Part shown: positions 27,369-30,287 of the stretch, one piece after another | How the letters are laid out: the number at the start of each line of letters is the position of its first letter | How positions within the stretch are numbered: the first letter of the stretch is position 1 | Assembly: GCA_043732485.1 (NCBI GenBank) | Contig: JAYTHP010000150.1 | Coordinates: forward strand, 1-30,287 | From: Oligoflexia bacterium | Lineage (GTDB): Bacteria > Bdellovibrionota > UBA1018 | Reading direction: 5' to 3' | Length of the DNA stretch: 30,287 bases | The notes under the pieces: model-generated | What the model saw: only the letters and a program-made list of their open reading frames with translations | What the model was told of the DNA's origin: nothing | The model's database searches: none | Position numbers and translations under genes: made by a program

Positions 27369-29049
27369 TCCACTCACACCCTGGAATACAGCAGCAGTCT
27401 CCGCAGCTGCCGGTAGCGGCCTGGGGATCCATCCTGAGCTTTTGAGTTTGCGCCTGGAACAGTGGCAGGCGCTGGTGCCTGACTGGCTGCTGCTGATCGG
27501 GATTTTTGGGGCGATCTTGCTTGCAGCGCTGGTGCAAGGCCCTTGGCGCTTAAAACTTCAGTTCGTCTGGTCGCTGATCGTCGCGTTTGCGGTGTCTTGG
27601 CAGGCCTATTTGCTTGCGCTCCCACGGGTGAGTGGAGTGTTGATTTTTAACCAAAATCTCGTTTCTGACGCCTATAGCAATACCTTGACCGTGTTGTTTT
27701 GTGGTGTGATGGTGGTGTGCGGCAGCATGGCGTATGGCTATCTCAAGCGCGAGCAGCTTGAGTATCCCGAGTTTTACGTACTGTTGCTTTTTTCAGTTTT
27801 TGGCATGCGTATGATGGTCTCTTCGCTGGATTGGGTGGTCTTTTACATTGCGCTGGAGCTGATGTCGCTGTCGCTGTTGCCGCTGGTGTGCTTTAGGCGG
27901 CACGACCGCCGATCCAATGAGGCGGCACTGAAGTATTTTATTTTAGGAGCGTCAGCCTCAGCGGTGCTGCTGTACGGCATCGCGTTACTTTATGGCGCCT
28001 CGGGATCAACCCAGATCATGGCCATCAGTCTTGCGTTCTCAAAATCCAGCGGAGCGGGTCAGCCGCTGTCGATGGTCGCGGTGATGGGCGCGCTCTTGGT
28101 GGTGATCGGTTTTTTCTTCAAGCTGGGGGCGGCACCCTTCCACTGGTGGGTGTCTGAGGTTTATGAAGGAGCACCCTGGCCTGTGACCGCTTTTCTTGCC
28201 ACCGCCGTGAAAACTGCCGTGTTGGCAGGTTTTTTTCGTATGCTAGCCCCGCTGTGGCATTCTTTTGCTACTTTCCCGCGAGGCCTGCAAGTGTTGCAGG
28301 CGTTTTCCCATTTTTTCTGGGTGGCAGCGTTCGCCTCCTTGACTTATGGCACGCTCGTGGCTTTAACTCAAATTCGGATCAAACGACTGCTGGCTTTCTC
28401 CTCGATTGCCCACTCAGGCTACTTGCTCAGCGCGCTCGTTAGCCTGCGCGATTGGCAAAGCGCCGGCGTGGTCGGCGGTGGCGTTGCGGGCTTAGTGGGA
28501 CTTGCTCATCCGCCGCAAACCGCTTTGCTTTTTTACCTCCTCTCTTACTGCGTCATGAGCTTGGGGGTGTTGATGGTGTGCTGCTTGCCTGGCATGGGCT
28601 CGGATAAAGAAGGGGGTTTAGGAGTCTATGATCTGACAGGGCTATGGGCGCGAGCGCCTGCCCAGGCGTTTGCCTTAGTGGTTTTTTTACTGTCGATGGC
28701 AGGCATTCCCTTTACCGGGGGATTCATGGGGAAGGTGGGGTTGTTGACGGTACTTTTTGAGCAGGGGCATGCTTGGTTGCTTTGGACGGCGCTTGGTGCA
28801 AGTGGCGCTGCCGTGTTCGTGTATTTGCGGATGGCAGCAAGCGTGTACTTGAAGAGTTTTGATGGCGTGGTTGTCGGTGTCGATAGCAGCGTGCTTGGTG
28901 TTTCTAGCCCTCAAGCCAACCTCTCGCAAGCGTTGTTGACGCCTCCTGTCCGCGTGTCGTTGCTCGAAGCGGCCGTGGTCCTGGCGCTCGTAATGGCTAC
29001 GTTAGCGTTAGGGGTGTGGCCTGAGGCGGTTTTGCGCTTCTTGAGCTGA
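27340..29049 (+). CDS. nuoN: NADH:quinone oxidoreductase subunit N (set 2)
   Basis: ALELMSL, SNEAALKYF, FKLGAAPFH, VKTA, SSIAHSGY, GFMGK. AGGAG upstream. Confidence 0.96.
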   Translation: MPGLLTPLANPLTPWNTAAVSAAAGSGLGIHPELLSLRLEQWQALVPDWLLLIGIFGAILLAALVQGPWRLKLQFVWSLIVAFAVSWQAYLLALPRVSGVLIFNQNLVSDAYSNTLTVLFCGVMVVCGSMAYGYLKREQLEYPEFYVLLLFSVFGMRMMVSSLDWVVFYIALELMSLSLLPLVCFRRHDRRSNEAALKYFILGASASAVLLYGIALLYGASGSTQIMAISLAFSKSSGAGQPLSMVAVMGALLVVIGFFFKLGAAPFHWWVSEVYEGAPWPVTAFLATAVKTAVLAGFFRMLAPLWHSFATFPRGLQVLQAFSHFFWVAAFASLTYGTLVALTQIRIKRLLAFSSIAHSGYLLSALVSLRDWQSAGVVGGGVAGLVGLAHPPQTALLFYLLSYCVMSLGVLMVCCLPGMGSDKEGGLGVYDLTGLWARAPAQAFALVVFLLSMAGIPFTGGFMGKVGLLTVLFEQGHAWLLWTALGASGAAVFVYLRMAASVYLKSFDGVVVGVDSSVLGVSSPQANLSQALLTPPVRVSLLEAAVVLALVMATLALGVWPEAVLRFLS

Positions 29050-29259
29050 GTGCCAAAAGCTGTCAGTCCTTGCTTTGAGGGTGAGGGTGGGTGGGCTGAC
29101 GGATGATCCTTGTCTCTAGTGTTGCCGTTAACCTCTTCCGCTTGCCATCGGTTGTTGCCACGCTGGTCTATTTTTTCTAAAACCCCACACCTGGGAAACG
29201 CGTATCTCTCAAAGTGCTCACCCTCGATTTGAGCAACAAATACGGAGGCGAGAGATTCT

Positions 29260-29279
29260 GTGAGTGAGTGAGTGAGTGA
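29260..29279. repeat. (GTGA)5 microsatellite
   Basis: gtgagtgagtgagtgagtga read directly from the sequence. Confidence 0.9.
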
Positions 29280-29400
29280 AAGAGGCTGCAAGGCTTAAGG
29301 CTCGCCCCGTTGCTGGTTCTACGTCGCTAGCTGAGGTCGCGCGCCTCCCCTATCCCCTCCCTCTAGCGTGCTTTCTGAGAGCGGAAATCAAATAGCCGAC

Positions 29401-29472
29401 TCAACTGCTCGCTGCCTTCTTTGCTCTCATGGGAACCTTTAGCTGTCTTTGAATTGCAGATAGAGTATTCAT
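29401..29472 (-). CDS. Possible 23-aa small ORF (MNTLSAIQRQLKVPMRAKKAASS) or gene remnant
   Basis: Manual translation. AGGAG Shine-Dalgarno 7 nt upstream (29480-29484 on the minus strand) with AT-rich sequence further upstream. Confidence 0.3.
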   Translation of the reverse strand: MNTLSAIQRQLKVPMRAKKAASS

Positions 29473-29660
29473 GAAGACACTCCTGTTTTTAGGTTCATTC
29501 AATCTGACCGTGTTTTGACGCGGCGGTGGAAGCCTACGGTTAACTTAGATTTGCCGCGCCAGGAGCCAATATATAATTTTTTTAAGACGAAATTCACTAA
29601 AAGTTAGTACTTAGAGCTATAAAAATAATAATTAGCGCTGATCACGAGATCATAGCTTAA

Positions 29661-30287
29661 GGCACCGTTTCGCAAACCTCTAAATAGAATAAATTATATA
29701 ATTCATGTATGTCATTCAGGTATCAACCAAGAAAGGCGGCACATGATTCCCTCGACTTGCACTCTATCAGAAAAAAACTGGAAACTGATCCAAAAAATTT
29801 TGCCTCCTGAAATTGAAACTGGCAAGGGAACGAAAGGGGGGCCACCCCACGCAGACCTTCGAAAAATATTTTGTGGCTTGCTGTTTTGGATTCGATCAGG
29901 ATGCCAATGGGATCTGGTTCCAAGGCATTTTGGCAGCCGCACCAGTCTTGGAAAATATCTAAAAAAGTGGGTAAGCGCTGGTTTTTTTGATCAACTCATG
30001 GAAAAGGCACTGCAATTGTACGATGAGACACTCGGCATAGATTGTTCTTTCCAATCAATCGATGGGTCCTTAAAACAGGCTCCCGGATGTTCTAAAAATA
30101 CTGGAAAGAACCCAACAGATCGGGGCCGACCCGGAATCAAGCATATAATCTTAACTGACAAAAATGGTATACCTATTGCGGTTAAGATCATTCCAGCAAA
30201 CGAGTCCGATATGCACCAGATTGAAGAAGCCCTCGAAAGTATTGGACTACCCAGGCCTAAACCAAAAGAAGTTGAGCAGCACCTCTG
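29661..30287 (+). mobile_element. IS5-family insertion sequence (left part)
   Basis: Transposase ORF plus a shift to AT-rich composition. The left end is tentatively GGCACCGTTTCGCAAAC after TTAA; the right IR is outside the window, so the boundary is unverified. Confidence 0.6.
29743..30287 (+). CDS. IS5-family transposase (IS427/IS1031-like), 3' end outside the window
   Basis: Manual translation (absent from the ORF track because there is no stop): MIPSTCTLSEKNWKLIQKILP...DLRKIFCGLLFWIRSGCQWDLVPRHFG...KKWVSAGFF...SIDGS...GKNPTDRGRPGIKHIILTDKNGIP...ANESD. These are typical IS5 N-terminal and DDE motifs. Confidence 0.9.
   Translation, partial: MIPSTCTLSEKNWKLIQKILPPEIETGKGTKGGPPHADLRKIFCGLLFWIRSGCQWDLVPRHFGSRTSLGKYLKKWVSAGFFDQLMEKALQLYDETLGIDCSFQSIDGSLKQAPGCSKNTGKNPTDRGRPGIKHIILTDKNGIPIAVKIIPANESDMHQIEEALESIGLPRPKPKEVEQHL

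Noticed and set aside
444..29291. Numerous alternative-frame and antisense ORFs of 60-229 aa
   Set aside because: They overlap well-supported mfd/nuo genes and show no motifs. They are expected shadow ORFs.
29500..29570. c-di-GMP-I riboswitch on the minus strand (GGCAAA present)
   Set aside because: The GNRA-capped stem and the following GACGCAAAGC element are missing.

Overview
The window holds mfd on the minus strand (326-4165). Transcribed divergently from it is a ~24.8 kb plus-strand run of 25 complex I (nuo)-family genes forming two back-to-back sets, followed by an AT-rich IS5-family transposase cut off by the window end. Set 2 (14699-29049) is a complete 14-subunit nuoA-N NADH:quinone oxidoreductase with its key catalytic residues essentially all present and a short NuoG. 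Set 1 (4287-14659) is an 11-subunit nuoABCDHIJKLMN paralog with no nuoEFG. It is intact, translationally coupled, preceded by a near-consensus sigma70 promoter, and keeps all Fe-S ligand cysteines. By manual motif alignment to set 2, however, it has lost almost every residue needed for quinone reduction (the NuoD His/Tyr/Asp triad) and proton pumping (NuoA/H/J/K E-channel residues; the TM5 Glu and most central-axis Lys/His of NuoL/M/N). It is not a hydrogenase and not an MBS sulfane reductase. This apparent 'pseudo-complex I' is the main finding. All alignments were done by eye and no database searches were run.
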